Positions 19,879-30,156 of a stretch of DNA of 64,000 nucleotides are shown here, piece by piece; position 1 is the stretch's first letter; every line of letters begins with the position of its first letter. The notes below the pieces were generated by a model, which saw nothing but the letters and a program-made list of their open reading frames with translations, searched no databases and was not told the origin of the DNA. The position numbers were made by a program, and so were the translations under genes. The DNA comes from a virus. The stretch covers positions 1 through 64,000 of IMG/VR virus record IMGVR_UViG_3300045988_005108; one strand, written 5' to 3'.

Positions 19879-21669
19879 ATGGCTAATTATAGTTTAGTAA
19901 TAAATTCACAATTCAAGCCATTCTCTTATCAAGAGATGCTGGCTCCAACCTTGATGGCAACTCAGGCTCATCAAGAGTTGGAGAACCAGTATGGAGACCT
20001 TGCTACTAAGGCAAGTGTATGGGAGGAAATGGCTAATGAACAGACTGACCCTTATGCTTACAAGATGTATAAGACCTATGCAAATGACCTTGAAGAGCAA
20101 GCAGGTCAGTTGGCAAGAGAAGGACTTAATGCTGCAAGTAGAAGGGACATGCTCAATATGAGAGCAAGGTATAGCAAGGAAATAACTCCTATTGAGCAAG
20201 CCTATACAACAAGACAGAAACAAGCAGAACAACAACAGCAAGCACTCCTTCAAGACCCAACATTGATGTTGAGTAGAAGAGCTGCAACTACAAGTCTTGA
20301 TGATTACATAAGGAATCCTCAATTAGCTTATGAAGCATATTCAGGCAAGCTAATTACTGCACAGGCTGCAAGTGCTGCATCTGCATTGGCTAAGGAAATG
20401 CAAGAGAAGCCAAGGAAATGGAGAAGCATCTTAGGTAATTCATATTATGAAACTATGATGCAGAAAGGCTTTAGTTCTCAAGCAGTATTGCAGGCTATAC
20501 AGGATAATCCTAATGCTGCTCCTCAACTTACAAGAATTGTTGAAGATGCTATTAATTCAAGTGGTGTTAGAAACTGGGGAGACCAAGCTACTATTGCAAG
20601 GGCTATTGACTATGCTAAGCAAGGTCTATGGAGTGCAGTTGGTGAAACTCAATACCAGACTCTTGATAATTGGAGAGCTAAGATGGCTGAGCAAGAGGCT
20701 ATGCAAAAGAGAGCAGAAAAGAGAGCTGCCGCAAGAGAAAATCAAGGTAGACTGAATAATCTTGCTATCAATCCTTTGAATATCTACAGTAGTAGAGAGT
20801 TGAGTAAAGATGAGAAGAGGTATAAGGAGAGTATGAAGAGATACTCCAAGTACTTTTATAAAGATAGTCATGGTCAGATGAGAATGACTTATGCAGGATG
20901 GAAAGAGTATAATAGAAATGCTACCCCAAGAGTAACATCAGCAGGTTCTGGTAGTGGTACTGCAAGACTTATGAACGTAGAAACACAAATGCAGAATGGT
21001 AGTAAGAAATTTACTCCTACTACATTCAGACAATTTATGGATAACTTAGGTGCTTATAAGGTAACAAAGGGTAAGTGGCAACCTGGTAATCTTGGTAATG
21101 TATGGAGCAGGTATGTTAATTCTTCAGCAGGGAGAACTTCAAGGTATGATGCTACAAGAGTTACTGAGTATGACTATCCTATTGCAGGTGCTCAGCAGGG
21201 TGATATGAAGGATGCTATTATGACTGCTGGTAGAGGATTAAGTCTGAAAGAAGTAGATTATGATAGCAAGTCTAAGAAATTCAAGGATACAGGTGAGGAA
21301 ATCACTATGGAAGACTTGAAGAGTGATAAGTACAAAGTAACTGCTACAAGATTTAGTCCTTATGGTGCTACTGTAATGATACAAGATGACAAGGGTAATG
21401 TAAGAAGATATAGAATGCCTGCTGGTATTAATACAACTAATGAACAGAATAGGGATAGGGCAATGACTGCTGCAAATCAATGGCAACATGTAGTTAGTAC
21501 AGGTCAATATACTGATGCAAGGGGTAATGTACATCAGGCTACTCCAGATGAGATTACTTATGCTCAGCAACAATATGCTAATTCTATACAACAAGCCTAC
21601 TTATTCCACTCTCAATTAGGAGTACAAAATAAGACAAAAGAACAAGAATTTAATCCTTATGGATATTAA
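19879..21669 (+). CDS. virion cargo-like protein, function unknown
   Basis: 596 aa, Gln/Ala/Arg-rich helical protein. Starts 2 nt after the previous stop. Confidence 0.55.
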   Translation: MANYSLVINSQFKPFSYQEMLAPTLMATQAHQELENQYGDLATKASVWEEMANEQTDPYAYKMYKTYANDLEEQAGQLAREGLNAASRRDMLNMRARYSKEITPIEQAYTTRQKQAEQQQQALLQDPTLMLSRRAATTSLDDYIRNPQLAYEAYSGKLITAQAASAASALAKEMQEKPRKWRSILGNSYYETMMQKGFSSQAVLQAIQDNPNAAPQLTRIVEDAINSSGVRNWGDQATIARAIDYAKQGLWSAVGETQYQTLDNWRAKMAEQEAMQKRAEKRAAARENQGRLNNLAINPLNIYSSRELSKDEKRYKESMKRYSKYFYKDSHGQMRMTYAGWKEYNRNATPRVTSAGSGSGTARLMNVETQMQNGSKKFTPTTFRQFMDNLGAYKVTKGKWQPGNLGNVWSRYVNSSAGRTSRYDATRVTEYDYPIAGAQQGDMKDAIMTAGRGLSLKEVDYDSKSKKFKDTGEEITMEDLKSDKYKVTATRFSPYGATVMIQDDKGNVRRYRMPAGINTTNEQNRDRAMTAANQWQHVVSTGQYTDARGNVHQATPDEITYAQQQYANSIQQAYLFHSQLGVQNKTKEQEFNPYGY

Positions 21670-21672
21670 GAT

Positions 21673-24600
21673 ATGGCAAAAGAAACTAAAGTAAAAGATA
21701 TAGATATTACTAAGAGTGGTCCAATGACTTTTAGAGATTTGCAGAAAGCAAATCAAGAGCCATATACTAACCTTAGTCCAGAGTTTAAGTCATTCAGTAT
21801 GAATGTAGGAGCAAATACTGCTCCTACTTCACTGTATGATGCAAGGGCACATGGTGAGCAGATGGTACAATCATCCTTAGAGGGAACTACTACACCTTGG
21901 GGTGAGAGTATGTTTGATGAACCTACTGCAACTGAGGCACAGTTTCAAGAGTTAGGGGATATAAGAGCTGAAAACCAACCTTGGTATGCACAGATAGGAG
22001 CAGGTCTTGCTAAGGGTGCTATACTTGCAGGTACTACTTTCCTTGATGGTACTGTAGGCTTAATACTTGGGGCTGGTACTGCAATAGGTGAAGACAGATG
22101 GTCTGGTCTTTGGGATAATGACTTCTCTAAGGCTATGCAGTCTGTTAATGAATGGTCTGAGCAGGCATTGCCTAACTATTATACAAGGGAAGAACAAGAA
22201 CAGCCTTGGTATGAAAATATCTTCACTGCCAATTTCTTAGGTGATAAGTTTATCAAGAACTTAGGTTTTACAGTAGGTGCTTTCTATAGTGGTGGTGTTA
22301 CTGCTGCTGGATTGAAAGCAACTAAATTACCTCAACTTATTGGTGCTATTGCTAAGTCTTCAAAGGCTCCAAAAATAGTTACTTCTGCTGTAGGTGCTGT
22401 TACTTCTGCTGTAAATGAAGGTAGAATTGAAGCACTTAACAACAGTAAGGATTGGTTTGAACTTCATAAAGCACAGCTTGATGATACTTATAGAGACAGG
22501 ATACAAGCTATACAGAATAGGTATGAAGATACTAAAGGAACTCTTGTGAGAACAAGAGAGGGTCAAATGGTAGACCCTGCATACATAGAATATCAGAATG
22601 CTATAAAGAAAGAACAGGAGTCTTATAATGCAGCTTTAGGCAAACTGAGTGAGGACAGATTAAAGATGGGTAATGCAGATTTACTTATGAATATACCTAT
22701 CCTTACTGCATCTAACATAATTCAGTTTGGCAAGTTATATGCTAATGGATTCAAAACTGCAAGAAAGGCTACTAACATAGTAGGTAAGGCAGGAGAATAT
22801 ACTGCTGGTACTACTAAATTGGGAGCAGGTTTAGCTATAACTAAAGGTGCATTGTCTGAAGGTACTGAAGAAATTACTCAAGGTATGGCTAGTAGAATAT
22901 CAGGTAATTATTATTCTACTGATGTAAATAACTTCTACAAGTCAAAGACTGACCCAGAGGCTGCACAAGAAACTCTGAGTTGGACCAAATCATTTGCTGA
23001 GGGAATTAATGAGACAGTAAATGATGGCTCTGCATGGGAAGAGTTCTTTATTGGTTCTTTGACAGGTGCATTAGGTATGCCAAGATTTAGAGGAGTTAGA
23101 AGTGAGTCAGGTTCACTACAATCTCCTATTACTATTGAAGGTGGTGCTATAAATGAGTGGAGAGACTATAATGAGAAGATAGCAAGGGAAAATGAGATTG
23201 CTAACTACATGAATAGCAGGATAAATTCTCCTGAATTTAAGAACTACTATCAAGGTCTTATCAGGCATAATAAGTATCAGAATGATATGAACAGAGCTGC
23301 TGAGGAAGGTGATGAGTTTAACTTCAAGAATGCAGAACATGCTCAATTAGTATCTGATATTGCTATGTTTGATAATGCAGGTAGGATGGAAGACCTTACT
23401 ACTCTGATTGATGCAGCATTTGATACATCAGATGAGAATCTTGCCTCTATTGTGGAAAATACCACAACTACTCTTGAAGATGGCTCTAAGGTAGGTCCAT
23501 TTGTTGATAAGAATGGTAATCCTATGTATGCTACTCCAGAGGGTAAGCAGGAAATGATAGATAAGTTGCAGCAGAACCATAATGAAATGACCAATACTAT
23601 CAACAATTATCTGAAGATAAAAGATGAGCTTGATATTAAAACAGGTCAGCAATTATCAGATGACCAGCTTGAAGAATTGACATGGATGAAGTCTCAGATA
23701 GGCAACTGGGCTGAGAGAGCAACAGCTATGTCTGGAGAGGTAGAGTCAGTTATTGGTAATGTAATAGGTAACTTAGATTCACTTCTTAGATTCAATCAAC
23801 AAGTTAGGGATTTTGAAGGTCAACATCATGCTGATTTAACTGATAGATACAGACAAGCAGATAAGAATGTAAGAGCCATTGAAGGTGCTATTAACACTCT
23901 TAATATGGTTAGAGGTCAGAATGATAAGGTACTGGCTTATAGATTAGCAACTAATCCTAAGTTTGTAGATGGTCTTATCAAGGAAATTAATGAGGTAGAT
24001 GAAACTGTACTTAGTGCAGATGAGAAGCAAGATATTGTAACTAAGCTGAATGATATTGTCAAGTTAGGTAATGCCTCAAAGACATATAATGCAAAGTTAA
24101 AAGAGTACCTCAAGAACCCTCAAAAGCAAGCAGAAGACCATGCAAGAGCTGATGAACAAGCTGCACAACAAGAAGCTAAGAAGAAGTCTGATGACCTAAA
24201 GGCATCTTTGAATGCTGCACAGAACTTGCAAGAGTTCAGAAGTACAATAGATGCCCAAGATGATACAGAGAATAGAGATAGAGTTCTAAAAGAACTTGAG
24301 GATGGAGGCAGTGAAATGGCTAAGAACTACAGAGAAACTTCACAATACAATAATGAAGTGAGGAGAGTTCTTAATGAGTCAGATGCAGAACCACAAGTTA
24401 AGCAGGATGCTATGAAACTCCTTCAAGACCAGTTCAGTAACTCTGAAAATCTTGAACAATTAGCTAATCCCAATTCAATTTATATTAACAATGAGAATGC
24501 CTTTGATGAAGATTCTGAGGGAGATGTTGAGTTGTCTGCAACAAGATTCCAAGAAGCTCAATATGCTTTGCAGAGTGCAATGTCAAGAGTAAACAATGAT

Positions 24601-27600
24601 AATAGATTCAAAGACAGATTCTCTAAGGAGTATAAGAAACCTGTTGAGGTAGTTAGACAGACTACTGAAAAAGATGGAGTTAAAACTACTAAATACGGAA
24701 AGAGAAAGGGAGATAAAATAATTAGTGGTACAGGTCTTAGCATAAATAAAGATGATATTCCAGCATCAGAATTAGAAAGTATTGAAGATATGCTTAGTGA
24801 TATGGGAGATACAGCTAAGTTTGAACTACTTGAACTAAGAGAAAAAGATGGAAAATATGCTGGAACTGTAAGAGTTAATGGTCTTATAGATGGTGCTCCT
24901 GTTATCGATAACTTTGAATTTATATTTGACAAAAACCCAGATAAACTAAGAGGTGATGATAGGACTGCTACAGGAGATAGTGGTACATCTACTACACCTC
25001 CTGTAACAAGTAGTGAGGCTCTACCTACAACAGAATTACCTGTAGGTAATATAACTGCTGAAATGGTCAATGAGGAGAATAAGAAAGCCAATGAAAGGGT
25101 AGAAACTCCACAGAGACCAAGTAGAGATACTTCTAATCAATTCTATAGACCTGCTATACCTGAATTACATATAGAAGCAAGTAAAGAAGGAGACTTTAGA
25201 CCATTTGATGTAGTAGTAGGTGAAAGAGAAAAAGGTGTAGATTTCTCTGGCATTTACGGTTATCTAAGAGATAGTGGGGCATTTAGATACTTAAATGAGG
25301 GTAACTTAAAAGCAGGTGATGAACTTGGCTTTATGATTGACCCTTCATTTAATGACCATACTATATTTATTATAGATAAAAGGAATGGTCAGGTAGTAGG
25401 TAGTTTAGATGAATCTGACTATAGTGTTTCAAGGTATGAGGGTCTGAAGGGTCTTGAAGAGAGAATAAGAAAGGAATATGCTCAGAGAGGCTCTCAACCA
25501 TCTACTGTAATTAATTATACTGAGAATACTGATACACCAAAGGATGAGTTAATTCACATTACTAATACAAGTGGTGGACTTTCTCATATAGGAGAACTTA
25601 AAGAGTGGTCTAAGAAAGTCGGAGATGTTAGAAAGGAATCTGATGGCTGGGGTACTTACAATGGTCTTACTTATTATAAACAATCCCAAAAAGGAGGTAG
25701 AGGTGGAGACAATATCACTATATGGTTTAAAACAAAGCCTTCTAAGGGTGTTGAGCTTAATTTACAACAAGCTATAGATTCTTCTAAGAGGCTAGATGAG
25801 TTAGGGGACAAAATAGCAGCCTTGATAAGAACTTTTTCAGTAACTCCAAAAACTCAATCTAAAGGTAAGTTCATTGCCACACCTACTACAAGGGTATCTA
25901 AAGTAATGGTAGGTAGGATTCCTTATGGTAATACTGAGAGGAGTCTATCTGAGATACCTAATGTATCTTCAACTGATAGAAAGCCTATCTTTGGTATTAT
26001 AAAGAATGGTGTTCTTACTACTAATAGTAAGATTGATGACAGCCTTATCATCAAGCCAGTAGATATGAGCCAAAAGGAAGGTAGATTATATCTGCTTATA
26101 CCTAATGGGGCTGGTAAGTATTCTCCTGCTGCTGTAAGAGTTAAGCACTTCAATAATGAGGAGTTCAACCTAAATGACAGTTCAGTAAGTTCTACTCCTG
26201 TTGGAGAAGATATAAAGAATGCCATTACTAAGTTATCAACTGCTACATCACAGGATGATGTATCTGCTGCTATGCAAGACTTGGCACAAGACTTGTATAT
26301 GCAGGATATTATGGTTACTTGGTTTAGTAGTAAGGCAGGTGATGGTATTGTTATCAGTAAGAAGGTAAGAAAGCCAGATGGTACTTATGAGAAAGTAATC
26401 ATTAATGGAAAGGAGCAAATCAAGGAGGACAAGTATGATGTATATTTCTCTACAAGTAGTAAGAGTGCAGAGATTGGAGGTATAAACTTTGATGCAACTG
26501 CTCTTGAAGACTTGGGAGATACAAGTGCATTAGGTACTCCTAAGAATCCTGAGGATATATACAATGAGATACTTGGACACCTTGTTAAGTTCAATCTTCC
26601 TTTACAGGTCAGCACAAGAAGAATAAATGAGGGTGCATACAACAACAGATTGATAAACTCTAATATCCTTACTTCAAATATTACTGAGGCTTCAGTAAGA
26701 AGTAACTGGTTCACAACTGATTACTTTGATAATGAAGGTAATCTGCATCAGGCTATAAGCCCAGCTTCTGTAGCCCCCCAGCCTAAGAGGAAAGTAGAAA
26801 CTCCTGTAGGTGGTACTGAGGGTGCTATTGCAGGTACAAGAATAGTATCTGTATTCTCAAATAAGCCATACTATGTGGACTTAAAGACAAATACTATTAG
26901 GGATGACCAAGGTAAAAGTGTAGCAATTACTAATGATAATAGAATATTATTTGATTTAGCTTGGGCACAAGATAACTTTGGGGATTCTACTAACTCTTCA
27001 ATGATGGTAGATAACAAAGTTCTTACTCCTGATGGTAAAGTACTTGATAGAAATAAACAGAGGTATCTCAGTGGTCAGGATGCACAAGATGTAAAGGATA
27101 CTATTGCAGGTAGAAAGAAGGAAAAAGAGGATAGAGTTGCCAAGTCTAAAGAAGTTATCAGTGAAATATATGAGAACCAAAAGAAGGTAGATAAGACAAG
27201 AACTGATGGTGAGTTCTATTATGTACTTGAAGACGATGGTGAATATCATCAGTATAGTAGAGTGCATAGTAGATTAGGCTCAAATTGGATACAATCTGAA
27301 AAGCAGACAAAGGCTCTTGAATTAGCAAGACTTAATCTTAGCAAGTTTGTAGATAATCCTACTCAGTATGAGAATTACCTGAAATACTTGGAGAACAAGT
27401 TTAAGGTAGACTTGACTGCCTACAGAGGTAAGACTGATGCCAAGAGTAGAGATACTATTGTGAATATAGTAAGAGACAAGATGTCTGGTACTAATTCACA
27501 AAGAGCACTTGATGCTGGTTCAGCAGTAGATAGTATCATCAGACAGTACTTTACTATAAGAGATGTGTCTAAGATAGCAAGACCATCCAATATGCCGGAA

Positions 27601-30021
27601 AATGCTTTCATAGATTTGATTACTTCCCTTAATAGGATTAAGTCAAATATGGAGCAAATGGGAGAAAGATTCCTTGCTGATAATATAGTATTGTTCCAAA
27701 AATATCCTGATGGTACAAGAGTTGCAGGTGAGGTTGATATTCTATCTGTTGATAAGAATGGTAACTTTAGAATCTATGATGTAAAGACAAGTAGATATAG
27801 CTTCTATGACTTTACAGATAGATATGGTCACAAGGTTAATTACTTTACTACTCCATCTGCTACCCAGAGAATGAGTGCAAAGGATTACTATACTTTACAA
27901 CTTTCTGCTTACAAGAACTTATTTGAATCTCAGTATGGTGTACCAGTTACTAAGTTAGCTGTAATGCCATTTGTATTGAGTTATGATAAGGAGAATGTAT
28001 CATCAGTACAAAGTGAAAAGGGTATTCCTATTGCATATAATCCTGCTGTTAATGTGCCTTTAGTAAGTAATGTTAAGGTAGATAAGCCTACAGAAGCCCC
28101 TGCTACTCCAGCACAAGCTCAAACAGTATTACCTATCTTTGAGACTTCATTAGAGACACAGAATCCTATTGAGGACTTAACTCCTGAACACAAATCTACT
28201 GATAAAGATAAAGTAGGTTATTTTGAGCTGGATGGCAAGTTACATAAGGGATATATGACTCCTCTTACTACTATTGATGGAGTTGAAATTCATATAACTA
28301 AGGTTCCTAATATTACAAAGGGATTTGGTAGACAAGGGGAAGCAGCCCATGTAGCTTCAAATAGTTTCTATGCAGTATTCCCTAATGGTAAGACATTCTC
28401 ATTATTGAGAAATAATCTTGTACAGGGTGGTAAAACTCAAGAAGAAGTAGAAGGAGCTATCAAGAAGGCTCTTGAGGGTAATATACAAAGAGTTAAGGAT
28501 TTATCATCAGAAAAGACTATATTGTTTGACCCTAATGCAGTGCCTACTGTAAGTGCTACTCCTATTACTACTGTAGAAACTCCTGCAACTATTAATCAAG
28601 GTAATACCCAAACAGGTGCTGCCTATACTGCCCAAAAGGAACAAGCAATAAACAATAAGAAAGCTTCAAGAACAAGACATAAATTAAGAAAAGTAAAATC
28701 ACTTGATTATGAAAAGTGGGATGAGAAAAAAGAACTTAATTGGTTAAGTAGAGTACTACCTCAATTAAGTGAACAGAATAGAGTAAAAGTAGTAAAAGGT
28801 CTTATTAAAGTAGGTAGACAAGGTGCTTTAGCTTGGGGTCAATTTGATAAAGGTGTAATCACATTGTCTGACATAGCTGCTGAGGGTACTACATACCATG
28901 AAGCTTTCCATGCTGTATTTAATCTCCTTCTTGACAATGATGAAAGACAGGCACTATATGATGAAGCAAGAAAGTTATATGGTGAAAAAGATAACCTCTC
29001 ATTAGAGGAAGATATGGCAGAGGGATTCAGAGAGTATGTTACCACTAGACAAAATGCTGGATTATTAGGTAAAATTAAAAATTTCTTTAAAGACTTATGG
29101 ATTAAAGTAACTAATTGGAATAGTGTTAGACCTCACCTTACTGCATATTATCAGATAATAAATAGAGGAGAATATAGTAATAGAGAATTGCCTGTAGAAA
29201 CTCTTAGTCAAGCTAGAGCAAGACAAGAAGAATACTCTAAAGAAATACAAGATATTCTTGCTAATGCTAAGAGAGATTCAGAAGGTCATTTATTAGCTCC
29301 TAATGGTAAAAAGTCTAATCTTACTGAAAGACAATATGCTCAAGTAAGAACTAAAGCTTTTAAAGATTGGTTTGGTGATTGGGAGAATAATCCTAATGAA
29401 GCATCTAAAGTAGTTGACGAAAATGGTGAACCTTTAGTTGTTTATCATAATACACCATTTGAATTTAATGGTATATTTGATATGGACCATAAATCAAGGA
29501 TTATGCCTTGGACATCAGAACCCTTTGGTCATGTAGGTACACAAGAAACTGCTAATACAATTAAAGGTACTCAGTTTGCTTTATTCCTTAATGTAAGAAA
29601 TCCATTAGAAACTCCTGATTTTGTACATGAAACTGTAAGTTCTATGTTGTCAGAATTATATAAACAGGGTATTATTTCTAGAGAAAAGTATTCTTCACTT
29701 AGAGGAATATCTAATTCAGAATTAAGGAACTTAATGCTTTCTTTAGGATATGATGGTACAAAATATGAAAATAAAGCAGAAAAAGGAGGAACTTCTTATA
29801 GTTTTATAACACCTAATCAAATTAAATCAGCTACAGATAATATAGGAACTTTCTCTAGAACTGATGATGATATTAGATATAGAGAAGTGCCTAATTCTTC
29901 TTTTGAGTCTTTAGATACAGAAATACAGGAAAATCTATTGAAGAAAGGCTGGACAGCAGAGAAGTTTGATTCAATCTCCCAAGAGGAGAGAGACCAAGCT
30001 GTTAAATGTATAGCCTTTTAG
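21673..30021 (+). CDS. giant polyvalent virion protein (RecB-like PD-(D/E)XK nuclease + zincin metallopeptidase + ART-like domain)
   Basis: 2782 aa with hydrophobic Gly/Ala segments near the N-terminus. Motifs seen: GSAVDSII...GEVDILSV..FRIYDVKTS (27727-27795), YHEAFHAV (HExxH at 28897-28911), and FKDWFGDWE..VVDENGEPLVVYHNT..GYDGTKYEN..TPNQIKSATDN (29281-29860). Confidence 0.75.
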   Translation: MAKETKVKDIDITKSGPMTFRDLQKANQEPYTNLSPEFKSFSMNVGANTAPTSLYDARAHGEQMVQSSLEGTTTPWGESMFDEPTATEAQFQELGDIRAENQPWYAQIGAGLAKGAILAGTTFLDGTVGLILGAGTAIGEDRWSGLWDNDFSKAMQSVNEWSEQALPNYYTREEQEQPWYENIFTANFLGDKFIKNLGFTVGAFYSGGVTAAGLKATKLPQLIGAIAKSSKAPKIVTSAVGAVTSAVNEGRIEALNNSKDWFELHKAQLDDTYRDRIQAIQNRYEDTKGTLVRTREGQMVDPAYIEYQNAIKKEQESYNAALGKLSEDRLKMGNADLLMNIPILTASNIIQFGKLYANGFKTARKATNIVGKAGEYTAGTTKLGAGLAITKGALSEGTEEITQGMASRISGNYYSTDVNNFYKSKTDPEAAQETLSWTKSFAEGINETVNDGSAWEEFFIGSLTGALGMPRFRGVRSESGSLQSPITIEGGAINEWRDYNEKIARENEIANYMNSRINSPEFKNYYQGLIRHNKYQNDMNRAAEEGDEFNFKNAEHAQLVSDIAMFDNAGRMEDLTTLIDAAFDTSDENLASIVENTTTTLEDGSKVGPFVDKNGNPMYATPEGKQEMIDKLQQNHNEMTNTINNYLKIKDELDIKTGQQLSDDQLEELTWMKSQIGNWAERATAMSGEVESVIGNVIGNLDSLLRFNQQVRDFEGQHHADLTDRYRQADKNVRAIEGAINTLNMVRGQNDKVLAYRLATNPKFVDGLIKEINEVDETVLSADEKQDIVTKLNDIVKLGNASKTYNAKLKEYLKNPQKQAEDHARADEQAAQQEAKKKSDDLKASLNAAQNLQEFRSTIDAQDDTENRDRVLKELEDGGSEMAKNYRETSQYNNEVRRVLNESDAEPQVKQDAMKLLQDQFSNSENLEQLANPNSIYINNENAFDEDSEGDVELSATRFQEAQYALQSAMSRVNNDNRFKDRFSKEYKKPVEVVRQTTEKDGVKTTKYGKRKGDKIISGTGLSINKDDIPASELESIEDMLSDMGDTAKFELLELREKDGKYAGTVRVNGLIDGAPVIDNFEFIFDKNPDKLRGDDRTATGDSGTSTTPPVTSSEALPTTELPVGNITAEMVNEENKKANERVETPQRPSRDTSNQFYRPAIPELHIEASKEGDFRPFDVVVGEREKGVDFSGIYGYLRDSGAFRYLNEGNLKAGDELGFMIDPSFNDHTIFIIDKRNGQVVGSLDESDYSVSRYEGLKGLEERIRKEYAQRGSQPSTVINYTENTDTPKDELIHITNTSGGLSHIGELKEWSKKVGDVRKESDGWGTYNGLTYYKQSQKGGRGGDNITIWFKTKPSKGVELNLQQAIDSSKRLDELGDKIAALIRTFSVTPKTQSKGKFIATPTTRVSKVMVGRIPYGNTERSLSEIPNVSSTDRKPIFGIIKNGVLTTNSKIDDSLIIKPVDMSQKEGRLYLLIPNGAGKYSPAAVRVKHFNNEEFNLNDSSVSSTPVGEDIKNAITKLSTATSQDDVSAAMQDLAQDLYMQDIMVTWFSSKAGDGIVISKKVRKPDGTYEKVIINGKEQIKEDKYDVYFSTSSKSAEIGGINFDATALEDLGDTSALGTPKNPEDIYNEILGHLVKFNLPLQVSTRRINEGAYNNRLINSNILTSNITEASVRSNWFTTDYFDNEGNLHQAISPASVAPQPKRKVETPVGGTEGAIAGTRIVSVFSNKPYYVDLKTNTIRDDQGKSVAITNDNRILFDLAWAQDNFGDSTNSSMMVDNKVLTPDGKVLDRNKQRYLSGQDAQDVKDTIAGRKKEKEDRVAKSKEVISEIYENQKKVDKTRTDGEFYYVLEDDGEYHQYSRVHSRLGSNWIQSEKQTKALELARLNLSKFVDNPTQYENYLKYLENKFKVDLTAYRGKTDAKSRDTIVNIVRDKMSGTNSQRALDAGSAVDSIIRQYFTIRDVSKIARPSNMPENAFIDLITSLNRIKSNMEQMGERFLADNIVLFQKYPDGTRVAGEVDILSVDKNGNFRIYDVKTSRYSFYDFTDRYGHKVNYFTTPSATQRMSAKDYYTLQLSAYKNLFESQYGVPVTKLAVMPFVLSYDKENVSSVQSEKGIPIAYNPAVNVPLVSNVKVDKPTEAPATPAQAQTVLPIFETSLETQNPIEDLTPEHKSTDKDKVGYFELDGKLHKGYMTPLTTIDGVEIHITKVPNITKGFGRQGEAAHVASNSFYAVFPNGKTFSLLRNNLVQGGKTQEEVEGAIKKALEGNIQRVKDLSSEKTILFDPNAVPTVSATPITTVETPATINQGNTQTGAAYTAQKEQAINNKKASRTRHKLRKVKSLDYEKWDEKKELNWLSRVLPQLSEQNRVKVVKGLIKVGRQGALAWGQFDKGVITLSDIAAEGTTYHEAFHAVFNLLLDNDERQALYDEARKLYGEKDNLSLEEDMAEGFREYVTTRQNAGLLGKIKNFFKDLWIKVTNWNSVRPHLTAYYQIINRGEYSNRELPVETLSQARARQEEYSKEIQDILANAKRDSEGHLLAPNGKKSNLTERQYAQVRTKAFKDWFGDWENNPNEASKVVDENGEPLVVYHNTPFEFNGIFDMDHKSRIMPWTSEPFGHVGTQETANTIKGTQFALFLNVRNPLETPDFVHETVSSMLSELYKQGIISREKYSSLRGISNSELRNLMLSLGYDGTKYENKAEKGGTSYSFITPNQIKSATDNIGTFSRTDDDIRYREVPNSSFESLDTEIQENLLKKGWTAEKFDSISQEERDQAVKCIAF

Positions 30022-30044
30022 TCAGTAGGATGAAATTTTTTATT

Positions 30045-30080
30045 AGGGAGGTAACAGAAATGTTACTTCCCTTTTATTTT
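30045..30080 (+). terminator. rho-independent terminator (plus arm)
   Basis: AGGGAGGTAACA-GAAA-TGTTACTTCCCT, followed by TTTATTTT. Confidence 0.7.
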
Positions 30081-30087
30081 GTAGGAA

Positions 30088-30137
30088 ATAAAAAAAAATA
30101 AGGGGAGGAGTAGAACTTAATCTACTCACTCCCCTTT
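30088..30137 (-). terminator. rho-independent terminator (minus arm)
   Basis: Minus strand: AAAGGGGAGTGAGTAGA-TTAAGT-TCTACTCCTCCCCTT, followed by ATTTTTTTTT. Lies 20 nt after the stop at 30157. Confidence 0.7.
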
Positions 30138-30156
30138 CTATTATTAACAATTAACT

